A DNA stretch of 63,099 bases, filler included, from Octopus bimaculoides (taxonomy: Eukaryota): NCBI RefSeq assembly GCF_001194135.2. It is 6 parts of 6 records of this genome, joined end to end, with 100 filler letters (N's around TTAATTAATTAA, not from the genome) between each part and the next. Parts side by side here need not be neighbours in the genome. Positions count along the whole stretch, not along the records: positions 47,555 to 60,407 come from NC_068992.1; positions 60,508 to 61,699 come from NC_068999.1; positions 61,800 to 63,099 come from NW_026299719.1; 3 more parts are not named here. One strand, written 5' to 3'. Shown here in pieces: positions 47,974 to 62,330 of the stretch (positions are counted from its first letter, which is position 1; each line of letters starts with the position of its first letter). Position numbers and translations under genes: made by a program. Below the pieces are notes generated by a model, which did not search any database, was not told where the DNA came from, and saw only the letters and a program-made list of their open reading frames with translations.

Positions 47974-48010
47974 TCTTTCTGTTGAAGAGCGTAGCTCGAA
48001 ACGTCAAAGA
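47974..48010 (+). ncRNA. Minimal type-I hammerhead-like motif
   Basis: TCTTT-CTGTTGA-A-GAGC(GTA)GCTC-GAAA-C-GT-C-AAAGA. Stems I and II pair, ACGT is palindromic in stem III, and there is a GUC triplet; the core has an A6U change. Confidence 0.5.
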
Positions 48011-48136
48011 CTTTCCGTATTCTCGAGCGTCATACTAATATATACTTTTGTTATTTACACCACCTGTCCTCGTCTGTTGTTATTATTTGTATATTCTCCC
48101 ATATATATATGTATATATATATGTATGTATATATGT

Positions 48137-48290
48137 CATCATCATCGTTTAACGTCCACTTTCCATGCTAGCATGGGTTGGACGATTTGACTGAGGACTG
48201 GTGAACCGGATGGCTACACCAGGCTCCAATCTGATTTGGCAGAGTTTCTACAGCTGGATACCCTTCCTAACGCCAACCACTGATCAATGA
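48137..48290 (-). mobile_element. RTE-type 3' tail ending in (GAT)n
   Basis: catcatcatcgtttaacgtccactttccatgc...; same family as 49385-49960 and 26172-26228. Confidence 0.7.
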
Positions 48291-48559
48291 CCTAACCACA
48301 AAGAAAAATAATGTTCTCCAGAAAAAGAATTCAGCAAACACCAGAACATTTTTTTTCTGGAGAACATTATTTTTCTTTGTGGTTGGGTCGTTGATGACCT
48401 CTTTCTAGCATATTGGATGTCCATCTAGTGGTCATCCTTCTTATACGCATATAATACAATTTTTCTGAATTATCAGATTTTTATATGCTAGATCACTGGT
48501 TTTAAATTGAAATTAATATTCAATTTATCACCCTCAGTATATAAATATGTATACGTATT

Positions 48560-49382
48560 TATATATATGTATATATATACATGTATTTGTACATATATAT
48601 GATATATATATATATGTATATGTACATGTACATCTATAACGAAAAAAACAAACAGAGAAACGAGACATGCAACACAAAGAGAATACCCCTTCATCAACTG
48701 TCCATGTTCCAGCCACTCTGCGTTTCAAAGGCAAGGACAATATGTATCCTTGCTGGAACACTCCTTCCCGCAAAGCAAACCAAATAAAATTTGTAATATT
48801 TTGCGGAGGGTGAAAGTGTTAACAAGAACAGGACAGTGAGAACAAAACAGAAAAAATAAATGGTGAGGGCTGTTGAGCCAAGATGATAGAAAAATTATGA
48901 ATGCTAGGTAGAAGTGCCATGAGAGAAGAGACAGAAAAAAGACGTCTTTTCTTTAGGAAGGCAGTGGACAGAAAGAGAGATCCCCTTTTGTCACGTGTCA
49001 GTGACAAGAGATTCAAGGAGGAAGAGTGAGAGAGGGAACAGTGAAAGGGAGAAAAGAATAGGGAAAGGGTAGGAGAGAAAAACAGAAAGAATGAAGAACA
49101 AGAGAGGGAGAGAGATAGACAGAGAAGACATAGTAGAAGAGTGCGCATTGAAATTATTAAGATAAAACTTACTTGGAAAAGGATGTGTGGCGTTCTCGTT
49201 TCTCTGTTTTTCGTTGTTTGAAAAAAGTTTGTTTTCTGTTTTCGTTTTTATGTTTTTGTTTCTCATTGTGTTTTACGTTTTTTTGATATCCTGTACCCAT
49301 ATATGCATATATGTATACATATAGATGTAGGTATGTACATATGTGTATAGATATATCCATATATTTATATATTATTTATATT
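48560..49382 (-). mobile_element. Second copy of the A/B repeat: B-A on the minus strand preceded by an inverted A fragment (49190-49382)
   Basis: The reverse complement of 48640-49185 matches 2360-2940, while 49190-49382 matches 2155-2345 in plus orientation. Confidence 0.7.
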
Positions 49383-49384
49383 CA

Positions 49385-49960
49385 TCATCATCATCATCAT
49401 CATCATCGTTTAACATCCGCTTTCCATGCTAACATGGGTTGGACGATTTGACTGAGGACTGATGAATCGGATGGCTGCACCAGGCTCCAATCTGATCTGG
49501 CAGAGTTTCTACAGCTGGATGCCCTTCCTAACGCCAACGACTCTGAGAGTGTAGTGGGTGCTTTTACGTGCCACCAGCACGAGGGCCAGTCACGCGGTAC
49601 TGGCAACGGCCACACTCAAAATGGTGTTTTTTATGTGCCACCTGCACAGGAGCCAGTCCAGTGGCACTGGCAACGACCTTGCTCGAATGATTTTCTAACA
49701 TGCCTCCGGTACAAGGTCCAGTAAGGTGATGCTAGTAACAATACGCTCAAATGGTGCTATTTACGTGCCACTAGCACAGAAGCCAGACAGCTGATCTGGC
49801 AATGATCACGCTCGGACAGTGCTGTTAGTGCTCCACTGGTACAGGTACCTGCCATCGAATATGGTTCAATTACGATTTCGATTTCACTTGCCTCAACAGG
49901 TCTTCGCAAGCAGAGTTTAGTGTCCAGTGAAGTAAAGATACAAATAAGTGAGCTGGCTAC
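49385..49960 (-). mobile_element. RTE-type 3' region with internal degenerate ~60-70-bp repeats
   Basis: (CAT)n end; the motif tttaYgtgccacYDgcac recurs at ~49562, ~49630 and ~49760. Confidence 0.65.
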
Positions 49961-52299
49961 ACTTCTGGCAGAGGCCAAAGATTATGCTCTCACTTGGCTT
50001 GCTGGGTCTTACACACACATTATTCATGGGATTACTCAATACATATGAATGTCTTTATCTGAGTTTACATGTGTTTATGAACATGTTTTTTGCATCCCCC
50101 TACTCCATTTCCTACATATGCTTTTTTCAATGGTAATGCTTTTCTATGAATATGTATAAATGTAAATGCTTTCCCAAACAACATTACACTTCATTTTTGA
50201 ATCTCTGATAGAGCGATAGGGTGATACTCAAGCACTCAACTATGAATGCATTGCATCTGATAACCGAAACAGGTGTAAGCTAATACAGTTCATGACATAA
50301 TTTCTTATTCCTTTGTCATTTTAATTTCATATATGTTTATACATACACACACACACACAATACAGAGAAGTATAGAGATGTTTATAAAGGTGTGTGTGTG
50401 TGTATGTAAGTGAGTGAGGATCCCTGAAGAATAAAGAAATTATGTAATGTGTAAAAAATGATTGTGTAAATCTGGGTGAGGCCAAGGAGCAGAATGTGGT
50501 TTGGTAGAAGTTTTACTGTTAACTTTTGCTGTAAGTTTCAGTTTTGACTTCTTCAGATATGCATATTTTTGAAGAATCATTATGCCGGATGTTTAAAACA
50601 AGTCTGAAAAAGATTTTTCAGAAGGACTCAAAACTGAAAAATTACTGAAATAAAAGAGTGGGCAAAAAAATTCTCCAGCTCCTCTGAATTTACTTTTTTT
50701 TTCAGAATTGTAATCTATTATGGCTAAGACCTACACATCTGAAGAAATTACAGTATTTGGTGAACTAGATAATTTCTGACTCTATTGTTTAGGAATGACA
50801 TATGTATGTATGTATGTGTGTGTGCAGTTGTGTACCCAGGCCTGTATGTTTCAGTGTCAGTTTGTCAGAAGAGCGTTTTTGTGAGATGATAATGTTAAGT
50901 CTCTTGTCAACAGAGACAGCCCACTTTTTTTATTATAAAGTATCTTTCTTATTTAAGACTGATCAATGTGATTTAAAGGAAATTTGGTTTCAATTTCTGG
51001 CAGGTAGTACATGGAAAACCACAATGGGTACCCTTATGTTGATGATACAAGCCTTCATTCTTTTCTAACATTCCTCAAACAAACGTTTTCTACATGTAAC
51101 CTAGATTCCATATGTCAAACCTGCACTGATTTCATGATTGGTGACCGTGTGAATTTCTAGTAGTGGTGCCAATGTTGTCTCTTGTAACAGCAGAAAATCT
51201 CAAGCTCTATCGTTTCTGGATATGATTGAGCTTGAGTATCAAGAAAACGCCATTGTACCACACCACTTGCTAAACATGAGTGAGACTCGGCAAGAGTTTT
51301 AATGGTTACTTCAAATGGTGGGTGTCACATCATCTCCCCTGGTAAAGGCACATCCTTACCATAGCCTCATTTGCATCCCAAAAATTGGCCCATCTCTTCT
51401 GGGCTAGAAAATATTTCAACACCCAACAATTACTGACACTCTACAATGCTCAAATGAAGCTTATTATGGACTATTGCTCCCACACTTAGGATGAAGCAGA
51501 GGCTATGCATGCAAACATTTGTGGTGTCTATTCTCTCAACTGATTAGCATTAAATTACCCAGAGATACTATCAAATCTTTGGCTCCCATGCATACTGTCC
51601 CTTCTCTCTATCTTTTCATTTACTATATAGACCTCTGTTCCTCATAACTGTCTGTTCCTATACCTCCTCCATTTTGACATTCCTACCCATTTGTTTCTCT
51701 ACCATTCAGACCTGGTTAGTCATGTAATCATGCAGTCAGAGGAAGCATTTACTCTTAAGACTTTTCTCAAGAAAATTTTAGTAAGCAAAATGTAACTGAG
51801 CAAAATTTAGAAATTGCAGCAATTGGGGATCATCATATCCTTCTAAGTTCTGTCATATATATGGAAAGATTTTTTTTTTTTTTTGCCTTTTGAATTTAGT
51901 GGAAGAAGCAGTGTTTATGTCCTTTGCTGGTTTTTCATGACCGGTGAACATGATACATGTCAACACTTGCATCAAAGATGTGAGCAGAGCAGAGATTCTA
52001 GAGGCTAGAGTCTGGGAAAATTTAATGTTAGTTGAGTGGCTCTTCTTTGAATGCCATCCAGGATGCCTGTGTGTGTAGAAGCAATACCATACCAGCTTGA
52101 ATAATGTCATTCTTGAAGCTTTTCAAGTGTGTTTCTTTCATATGTTCTTGTTGTAATGAGGATTATAGATAGTGATGCTGAGAATCTTTTGTCTGACATA
52201 CTCATGAAAAATGTTCTGCTTTTTTGTAATTGTGGCTAGTTTCTTTGGGGATCAACTCAAAAAGTGCATCTATAGGTTGATTTGTTTATGATGGTTGTG

Positions 52300-52945
52300 T
52301 ATCCTTACAGCTAAGTGAGAGAGACTGTTTTCACCATGGCATCAGGTAAGACATTGAGAGAAATGAGTAAGCCCCTGCATCACTGAGCCAAAGAGAGATC
52401 CATGCCATGGAAACACCCTTCCTCACCTGTTCCAAAGAAGGTTAAGTTTGTTTCATCTGCAAGGAATGTGATGGCATTGTGTTTATTGACTATCTTCAAA
52501 AGGGCCACACCATCAATGGAGAGTATTATGCCAACTTGCTGAGACAGTTACAAAAGCTATCAAAACCAAACTCCCAGGAACACTGATGAAAGGGGTTCTT
52601 ATTTCAAGAAGACAGTGCTCCAGCAAACAACCCCTTGCTTTCAATGGCTTTGAACTGGTTGGTCACCTTTCTCTTCATTTGGCCCCATCTGACTATCATC
52701 TGTTCCCTCAACATGAAAAAGCACTTGGTTGGAGACCAGTATCATGGTGATGATGCCATCATGTCTGCTGTTGATGACTTTTTTGATGAACAGGATGAAA
52801 GCTTCTCCAATGGTATCCAAACACTGCAATACCGATGGAAAAAATGTGTTGACTGCAAGGGGACTATATTGAAAAATAAACCTCATTTGGTCACATTCTG
52901 TGAGAGTATCTTGGTTGGCCTATGAACTTTTCAGCCAATCCTCAC
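52300..52945 (+). mobile_element. Mariner transposase C-terminal remnant
   Basis: GHTINGEYYANLL, FQEDSAPA, LAPSDYHLFP.MKKHL and LQYRWKKCVDCKGDY-like motifs. Confidence 0.9.
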
Positions 52946-55900
52946 AGAGCAAATCTTTTGTTTGCAATTGTGTCTGAATTTAGCAAGAAAATTCAGGAAA
53001 ATTTTAATTTGCCCTTGTTTCTACTCTGTAATTATATCTCATGTAAGTGATATCAAAGCAATTTGCCTGAAGAAATTTTTCCATTGTAATTGTTGTATTT
53101 GCAAGTTTTAACTGAATAGATTAATGTGACATGAAACAGCTGCTGAAAAATCAATCATTTTTGACAAATACAGGTGTTTGCCCCTGTATTTCATATACTA
53201 AAGTTCAGCAACCATAATGCAGTGCCTTGATCCAGAATATTCTATATCATTTCTACAGCAGATACTACTTTTATGAACTTGATAGTTATATTCTGTATCA
53301 TTGCTCTCATTTGAAATATTTGTTGTATTTATCTATTCTTCATTATCTATATACTATATAACATTTCGTAGTTACCTTTCTAAACATGAAAAATGATTGC
53401 TCAATCTTAGAATTGCATATCAAGAAACACACTTCTATCAGATCCATCATAAACTGTGCTAACTTGTCTGTGCTTGCAACATCTCAGTTACAAACTAAAC
53501 TAAACTACTTACCACGTAAAGCTAATATATTTCCTGCATCATCAGTTATGCACAAATTACACACATTGAAAGTAGTTAAGTTGGTAAGTCCCTGTTTCTT
53601 CTAACCCACAAAGCATTTGCGGCTACATATCAACAGGATTTCAGAACACCCTATTGATATAACTGTCTATTTCCCACCTGATGTTAGCAACATAGAAAAT
53701 GCATATCAAAATAACTATAACATCAACTTCCCTAGATCCAAACTTTGAACCGGGTTGTCAATATGCTGTTGTCTGTATAGCTACAATAATCATGCATTTA
53801 AGTTCCTCATTGCTTAACTCAACAAAGACCACTATTGGAGCCTTCAATAATCTAAGAATTGAGTGGGAAGCTGCACTCACCACCAGCCATGTCATTATTG
53901 ATATCTACAGTGTACATATTCATAATGATATGGTATATGGTAAGATCTTAAGTGTGATTAAATAAGGCATGTAACATATATCTTGTTGAATTGCCCATTT
54001 GGGCTATAAAATCTTAGTAAAGGATGTGTGTATTAATTATGGTGTTAACTATAGAAGCTGTTCACTAAACATTGTATAAGCGTTCTATTTGACAGAGCTG
54101 TTCTTCAAGTGAATTTAGATGACATTAACACATCCAGTTGTATAAGATAGTGCCTTAGTGAGAAAATGTTGATATCCTCTGAATGTAAAATTTATATTCA
54201 AGAGTTTAGAGGCGTGTATACTGTGCTCCTACTGTTTACGGCAACAAACTATACTTGATATTCTTAATGAAGAGACTTTTTTTGCTGTGAAGATAAATGC
54301 GACACTAGTAAAATCAACCCTTTCTGCCTGGAAAACCAACAACAACTTAACATCTCAGCTGTGCCACCTTCTGTGTTGTCTACAGCATTCGGGCTCCATA
54401 TGCAGAATGAGAAAAATTCCCATTCAACTTGTAGAAAACAGCAAAACATCTGATATTCCTAAATGCTTCACATGGCCTGACCTACAGCATTCTTTTATGT
54501 TGTATTCAAGCATAATACATTTTTATACTTCTAGAAACATTTTAGAGGTATTTCATTTTGTTGTTGTTTAACCCCTGATCAGTCCTGATGGAACTGATTA
54601 AAACAGCTTCAAAACATGATATTGTGTTATTTTCAAATTGTATTAGATAGAAAGGTGTGACTTGAAGAAGGCTTGGCTGCTATTTCTAGCAGTTTCAGTG
54701 GCCATATAGAAGGTTCTTCGTTTATATTTCTCATTTTTCAAATGTGTATGTGGAAGGTACTGGGTTCATCTCAATATCTGCCAACATAATCAACAACTTT
54801 AACACCATTACAAATTCCCTTAACAACCCTTCTTTTATATAACCTTTACTTTGATACTATTGGTGAGCAGTTAGCACCTTAAGTGATATACCCAAATTAA
54901 CAATGTTTTATCAATTTAGGTAAGTTGATAAAATACTGAATTATTTGCTCATAAATTGCATATTCAAATCCACTGTGTGAATCACTTTATTCTTCATTAA
55001 TGATATTGGATTTTGATGCTGGTAGTCTAATTATTTAATGGAAAGAGGCTATCAAGTCAAAAGGGAGCCTATATGTAGTTGCTTGACCTGTTAGAAATAG
55101 ATGTTAAATCTCCCCCAAATCACACTCTACTGTCTTAAAGAAAGGACACATTTAATATTGATCATATAGTTTGGAAAAACTAAAAGATAAGATAATCACA
55201 AACTTTTGATAACAGTTTTTTCTTAATGAGGCCAATCTGGTGTTAAACAACAACATTGATTCATTTCAAGATAAAGGTTTCTGATCTGGGAATGTTACAT
55301 TTATCTATTATCTGCTTAATTTTCTGGCTTGGCTATTGATACAGTGTTTACAATTACTAAAGTCCCAAACTGCTTAGCTAAATGTCTCTTGTCTTAATAA
55401 TATGATCTAGTTACATGACCATCTATTACTCCTATTAATATTTATTAATGACATTGCAATCACTGTCACCCTTAATCAAGATCATCATCATAATCACAAC
55501 CAACTTCAACATAATTAGAAATGTCTGTAACAACCCAATTTGTTCCACCACATAACTCTAATGAAAGTGATAATCCTTTGTCCTACATACATATGAGAAA
55601 CTACTATCCCCTAAGAGCATCACAACTATTACCACCACCCTCCATAAACCAATTTGATATATCTCTCTTACAAAGACATGAATCACCCCCACCTCCCAAC
55701 ATGATCACTACCTCTACTACAAAATCAAACAGTTACTTAAACTCAATGTTTCCAGCAACACTTTTACCATTAACCCACTATATCACTTTCACTACAACTA
55801 ATATGTTTCTGGATATCCCACCATTTCTAACACCTGTACCAAGATGAGTCAACAAGAAAGCCTCTGTAGCTGCTTGACCTACTATATTTAACAGCCGAAT

Positions 55901-56670
55901 CTCCTTCGAATCATTTCCTGCCAACTTAATGAAAAGGAGTGTCATATTAACTGATGTAGTTCTAGTTACACAGTTCCTTGATATTACTGTGATTGTAAGT
56001 CTATTCAAACCATGCTGACCTAGGGCTAAACAGCAACATAGTACCATCATAAGAACTGCCATGTCTGCTATATTCACCACTAAATTAGTAAATACCACTA
56101 ATAACACTTGACTACAACTGCCACCACAACAACTACAACCCTATCAATAATGGCTCCCGTTAACACTGCCAACCCTATTAGATTCATCATTAACACTACC
56201 ATCCAATAAATATCACTACCACCTGTCGCTGCCATAATCAAAAGCTCGTACTAAAGTTCTGACTCAAACTATATTTATATTTTCCCTTCTCTCACTAATT
56301 ATCCCATTTACTGCTATTCTTGTTATAGTTGTTATCATTGTTAGTGTGACTATCAAAATTGTTGTTTTGAGTGGATGAGTCAGTAACTCATTAAAGCCTT
56401 ACAGACATGTCCGTCTAATTTAGTTTATATACTAGCAATTTTATTAGCATTACTAAACTCTTTTAGTCACTCTATTGTGTAACATCATTACACTATTTGA
56501 TCTATTCACAAATGGTTGGTCATGGCAACTGTTACTAGTTTCATTATTAATTGCTAGCAATAAGAATTAACTTGGTAACTTTCTGACTGTTTGACAACTT
56601 GCCTACCTATTCACATGCATGCTTGCTTGCTCACTTGTGTCAAAAGTGAAACAATAACATCTCTCTATAG

Positions 56671-56900
56671 CAGAGGTTCTTAAACTTTTTGAGCCACTGC
56701 CCCACCTCATAACCACATAATACCCTCAGCGCCCCCACCCCTATTTTTATGTATAAATAAATATTTTATATTTTACTAGTTTACATATATTATGAATCAT
56801 TTCATATTTAATATATTATATAATTTGTATACAATACTGTAATAATATTATAAATTCATAGCATCCCCCAATCCACTGCCAAAAAAGAAACCGTCATTAC
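56671..56900. mobile_element. hAT (Charlie/Buster-type) terminus
   Basis: CAGAGGTTCTTAAACTTTTT is a hAT-Charlie-style TIR. Confidence 0.5.
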
Positions 56901-57299
56901 ATATTCTTACTCGATAAAATAATGCACAAATTTACACCGCATATTGGAGAAGTCAGCAGTGTAGTGGCATGCATGCTTTTTAAAGGTTTTAATTATATCA
57001 GGAGGAGAAGGCTTTGGACTTAACAAAGTGTCTTTGTTAGGCATGAAATTAAATCATCGTCATATTTATTTGTCATAAATTATATATACAAATAATAAAC
57101 ACAGGAAGTGTAGCAGATATGGCTAAGTGTGTCAAAGAAAGACATTTTGGTGTAAGTAGAGAATATATGATGATCTATGTTGAAATATCATAATACAAAA
57201 CTTAGTGAATTAATTGAATTTTCACAGAGAAGAAATAATCTTTTTCTTCAGGAATATGAGAGAGAAAGGTGTTCGAAAGCATTGAGCTGTTGGACAAAG

Positions 57300-57500
57300 G
57301 TTTCCAAGATCTTCTGATCGTTCAACATTATTCACACTTCAGTCGCAGTTCTCTCTTCGAGGTACAACAGAAACAGATCTTGTCACCTCTCTGTTTCGCA
57401 AAAGAACCTTTAGCAGCAACATTCAGCAAAGTGCAGTACACATGCACAGCAATAGTGTTTTGGTAAACGGAGCTTTCCACTTCATAAATGCTAACAATAT
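57300..57500 (-). mobile_element. Possible piggyBac-like transposase C-terminal relic
   Basis: The minus strand reads AVHVYCTLLNVAA, weakly resembling the (W)PVHVFYN.L..AA motif. Confidence 0.3.
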
Positions 57501-58099
57501 GTGAAAAAAGGTAGTTAACTCGCTTTGATATATCACTATATTATCCTGTGACAAGCCAATAAGGCATTAGGAAAAAAAAAAAGGAAGCAACATTGTAATA
57601 CAAAAATCGAAAAATAAAGAACAACATATGCAAACATACTGAGAGCAAGTGTCAGTAGTATGCTGCCCAGAAAGGTAGTTTCCGTATGTAATTTATTACC
57701 TCTAAAAAACTATGCACAACTTTACATGAAATAGAAATCATGAAATACAGTGGTCAATAAGTGGTTGCAAGTGCAGGTTTTGATTACTAGTAGTGCAGCA
57801 GTGTTAATGGAACAAGAGTCTCCCACAAAAGAAAAGAAATGCATGCAACAAAGAAATGTGTAAAAAAGGCAATGTTATAAGTCCTGTATGAAAGGAATTT
57901 TGCACCAATAACAAGAGTTTGTTCGTATAAATGTCACAAAGTTCATGCATTAAAAAAAGTATATGTTGGTACAATGTTCATAGCAAAAGAATAGAGATAA
58001 AAGACTAAAGCCATAACAGTATTCCACTAAAACAGCCCATCCAGGTAGGCTTTTAGGAAGGGTTCAATGAGAAGGATGAACTTGGTGAAGTGAAAGTAA

Positions 58100-59755
58100 C
58101 CTCTCAATGTCAGGCTGAATAAGCCTGAGATCACCACATTCCGCATGATTCATAGCTTACACCGCTGTTTCGTAAGAAGGCGAGTGACTGCACTGAATCC
58201 TCTCTCAACCAAATAAGATGCTGGAAAGGCAATGAAAAACAATTTGACTTTCTTCCAAAGCTCCAGATAGTGGTCACGGATAGCTTTTTGAAGACAAAAT
58301 ACTTGATTGTACTTGCAGAATTTAGGCTTCAATTGAATATCATTTTGAAGAGTTATCAGCTCCTCTTCTAGCTTTCCACTCTCTTCTTCTCCGATGTCAA
58401 TGAAGGGGATGACAATCTAGTCAGAAACTTGAAGAGCAAACAGATCATGAAATCAATGCTCCATATCTTTGTGCAGTGCGGTGAGGTGTGAGCAAAAGAC
58501 AAGCAGATCCTCGTCTGCAAGTTTTCCATCCTTTTCAAAATTAGACTAGCAAAGAAACTGGAAAAACTCCCTGCATCCAATTTTGCACTTATACATAACA
58601 AGTTTCACTTGAAATGTTGAGATGGTTGACTTAACTTGGATGAGATTAACACCATCTCCTTGCAGCTAGTTATTCACTTCATTGAATTTAATAAGTCAGA
58701 CAAATATGCAATATCTTTCTTTATACTTATAAAGTATACTCACACTATTTTATACTTATAAAGTATACTCACACTAAGTTCTGGGACGGTGGTATTAAAG
58801 AACTCCGTTACTGAATCAAGCAAAGCATAAAAATAATTCAGACAATTTCCCTTTGATAACCACCTCACCTCTGTGTGGAGCAGCAAGTTTTGAAAGTCTT
58901 CGTTGATTTCAAAGCAAAGCTGTTGAAACAAGCAAGTATTCAAAGCATGAGATTTGATTTTATTCACGGTGGTGATGACCATGTTTAGGGAATTGTGAAG
59001 ATGACCTCTGAGGTTTCGTGCAACAAGGTGTTGTCAGTGAATCACGTAGTGCATCAGGCAGGCTGACTTTGAGAGCCGCGTTGACAGCCAGTCATCGATG
59101 GTGCACCATCAATTGCAATAGTATTCAGTGGGATGTCCTTTTTGTCAATAAAGCTCTTGATCACATTGAAAATGGATTTACTCTTGCTATTAGTTTCCAA
59201 TAGTCTGGCAAAGAGTAATTCTTGGCCCTCTTTCACAAAACGAACATATACAAGGAGGATGGAATCATTACCTGGCAAAGTAGACTCGTCCAACTGCAAG
59301 CTGAATTCTGTTTTCTTCAGAATTGTGCAGAGTTGGTCTTCGACGTCTTCTGCCATTTCATCAACTCTCCTCTGGACAGAGCTATTACTCAGAGGAATAC
59401 CTTTGATAATTGGCTCTGGTGCCTTGTGTAGTACCATCTTCAGGACTTCTTTTACAGCTGGTAAGATTAGCTGTTCTCTTATTGGGTGAGGTTTGCTGGA
59501 CTTCGCAATGAGAAGTGATATGTTATAAGAAGCACTCAAACCATCACTAGATTAACTGGATGAACTCGAGGAAAAACTTCCAAGTTATTTTAAGGGATTG
59601 AAAATAATTCAAATTTTTTTCTTCTCTATCAAGATGCCTTTTATTTAAGTGTTCTTGAAGCCTTGATGGTTTCATCACTTCATTTGTAAAAGTCTTTTCA
59701 GAAAGTAGACGAATTGGTTGCTTTTCTTTGTGTGGAGTTACAATAAACCCATACT
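58100..59755 (-). mobile_element. hAT transposase (Buster/Charlie/ZBED5-like), degenerate
   Basis: ASYNISLLIAK.SKPH, PLSNSSVQRRVDEMAEDVE, FSLQLDEST, DGAPSMTG, LLLHTEVRWLSKG and FPASYLVERGFSAV. Confidence 0.95.
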
Positions 59756-59859
59756 ACTCCAACACCGCTTGACAACCAGTTTTGATTTGAGGGTAGCTGC
59801 ATCAAATACCATTCTACACAAAGTGCCACATATTAAAGGAGGATCTCAGTAATAACAGT

Positions 59860-60000
59860 GTAGCAAAACGGCAGTGCTCCAGCATGGCCACAGCTATGAG
59901 CTGAAACTACAAAAAAAGCAAAAAAAAAATATATATATGTATTTGGTGCTCCAGCATGGCCGCAGTCGAATGACTGAAACAAGTAAAAGAGTAAAAGAGT
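59860..60000 (+). mobile_element. Two tandem SINE/LINE 3' tails
   Basis: gtgctccagcatggcc.cag...ctgaaac occurs twice. Confidence 0.7.
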
Positions 60001-60074
60001 ATATATTTATATTTATATATATATATATGTACTTATATATTCATATATATATATTTGTATATGTGTATTTATAT

Positions 60075-60407
60075 ATTTATATATTTGTGACATGCGTAAG
60101 CTCGCAAGGAATGAAGCCAGTATGCTCCGTTGGATGTGTAATGTCAATGTGAATACCCGTCAGAGTGTAAGTATCTTGAGAGAAAAGCTGAACATTAGAA
60201 GCATCAGTTGTGGCGTGCAAGAGAGACGATTGCGCTGGTATGGACATGTGGTGAGAATGGAGGAGGATAGCTGCGTGAAAAAGTGCCACACCCTAACAGT
60301 TGAGGGAACCCGTGGAAGAGGTAGGCCCAGGAAGACCTGGGCTGAGGTGGTGAGGCAAGACCTTCGTACATTGGGCCTCACCGAGGCGATGACTACTGCC
60401 CGAGACC
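60075..60407 (+). mobile_element. RTE (RTE-X-like) C-terminal fragment
   Basis: EASMLRWMC...RRLRWYGHVVRM...EGTRGRGRPRKTW. Confidence 0.9.
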
Positions 60408-61289
60408 NNNNNNNNNNNNNNNNNNNNNNNNNNNNNNNNNNNNNNNNNNNNTTAATTAATTAANNNNNNNNNNNNNNNNNNNNNNNNNNNNNNNNNNNNN
60501 NNNNNNNTTTTCGATACTCTCTTTTATAGAGCTTTCAAATATTTTGCTTTATATTTATTATATTCTAAACGTCATTCATAAATACCACTCAGTAATGTTG
60601 CATTATAATTTTCTGTTGTTTAGTGGGGATTGTTTTCCTTGTTCTGAACTTCTAGTATTTTTTCCTACTATTATACAACGACTTATCGTTAATTCAATAT
60701 ATCAAATCATTTAAAATGGAGAACAGTTTTTCTTCAGTTATCTACAAATGAACTACTTATAAATTATTATTCCTTTTGAACAGGAAAAGTTCTCGTGAAA
60801 GAGGTTTATGAAGTAGATTCATATTATACACAAATTAATTACAAAATTTGTTGAATTTATTTGGAATTTCGTTTTTGTTTCTTCTTTCCTCCTCGTCCAC
60901 AATGGGGATTGAATATTAGGAACTTGAATATAATACATGAAGTATTTTTCATCGTGTCAATATTTTCGCCTTTGTATATAATTAAATAGGGATGAATTTG
61001 TACAATAGAATGCATTAAATAAAGACTGTGTTATTCATACCACAACTTGGAATCAATTTATATAGCCATATAAAGATTTAGTATAGTGTTTCCTAAATTG
61101 GGCAAACAATAAAAGAAACGTACCGAGTAGTAGTAAGAATACACTGCTTCGATGAAAATAAGGATATTCTACTAATTGCTGTGCGAGTGTAGTAAATGAC
61201 AAACGCTAGAAGTTCCTAATTTTAGAGTGTTCTTGCGTGGATCAAAATGAGAAAAAAACTTTGGTGTATCTGAGAGAATTCAACCGTCC

Positions 61290-61610
<321 letters not shown>

Positions 61611-62187
61611 TTATTAATTAATTTCCCAAATTCTAACGGCGTCCTCTTTTTCTCAATATACGCTTTTAACACTCGATACATACATACATACATATATATN
61701 NNNNNNNNNNNNNNNNNNNNNNNNNNNNNNNNNNNNNNNNNNNTTAATTAATTAANNNNNNNNNNNNNNNNNNNNNNNNNNNNNNNNNNNNNNNNNNNNT
61801 ATATATATGTATCGCTTTCTATTCTTTCGCATGTGTTTGTTATATGGTGGCAATCAGTCTTGGCACGCAAAGACTTCGAGAAACAAAGAAAAGAATGCGG
61901 ACGTACAGAGACCTTTGTTTCAAACTTATGGCTTTACAAGTGAACAGGTAAGTCACTTCTATATCTCTCGTCAATAAACAACAACAAAAGCAACAAAAAC
62001 AACAACGTCATTAATAGCAGCCTTATCACCATACATATTTCTGTAATTGCCAAGATGGCAGTCCACCAAAAGAATGAAAACAATACCATATAATGCNNNN
62101 NNNNNNNNNNNNNNNNNNNNNNNNNNNNNNNNNNNNNNNTTATTATCATTATTATTATTATTATCATTATCATTATTATTATTATTT

Positions 62188-62330
62188 AAGGCGGCGAGCT
62201 TGCAGAATCGTTAGCGCACTGGGCAAAATGCTTAGTGGTATTTCGCCTGTCGCTACGTTCTGAGTTCAAATCAAATTCCACCGAGGTCGACTTTTCCTTT
62301 CATCATTACTTAGTAGCACGGTTGTGAAAG
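62188..62330 (+). mobile_element. Second SINE family, 5' half
   Basis: ggcggcgagcttgcagaatcgttagc...gagttcaaat...gaggtcgacttttcctttcatc, directly after (ATT)n. Confidence 0.7.

Noticed and set aside
50557-50660. Possible terminal exon (acceptor, MHIFEESLCRMFKTSLKK...NY*, AATAAA)
   Set aside because: Only ~30 codons with no recognisable homology or partner exon; compatible with chance.
53386-54571. Several 60-95 aa ORFs in unique-looking sequence
   Set aside because: No recognisable domain and no consistent splice-phase chain.
55500-56400. Thr/Pro-rich and Val-rich ORFs
   Set aside because: Decayed ACC/ACT low-complexity sequence.
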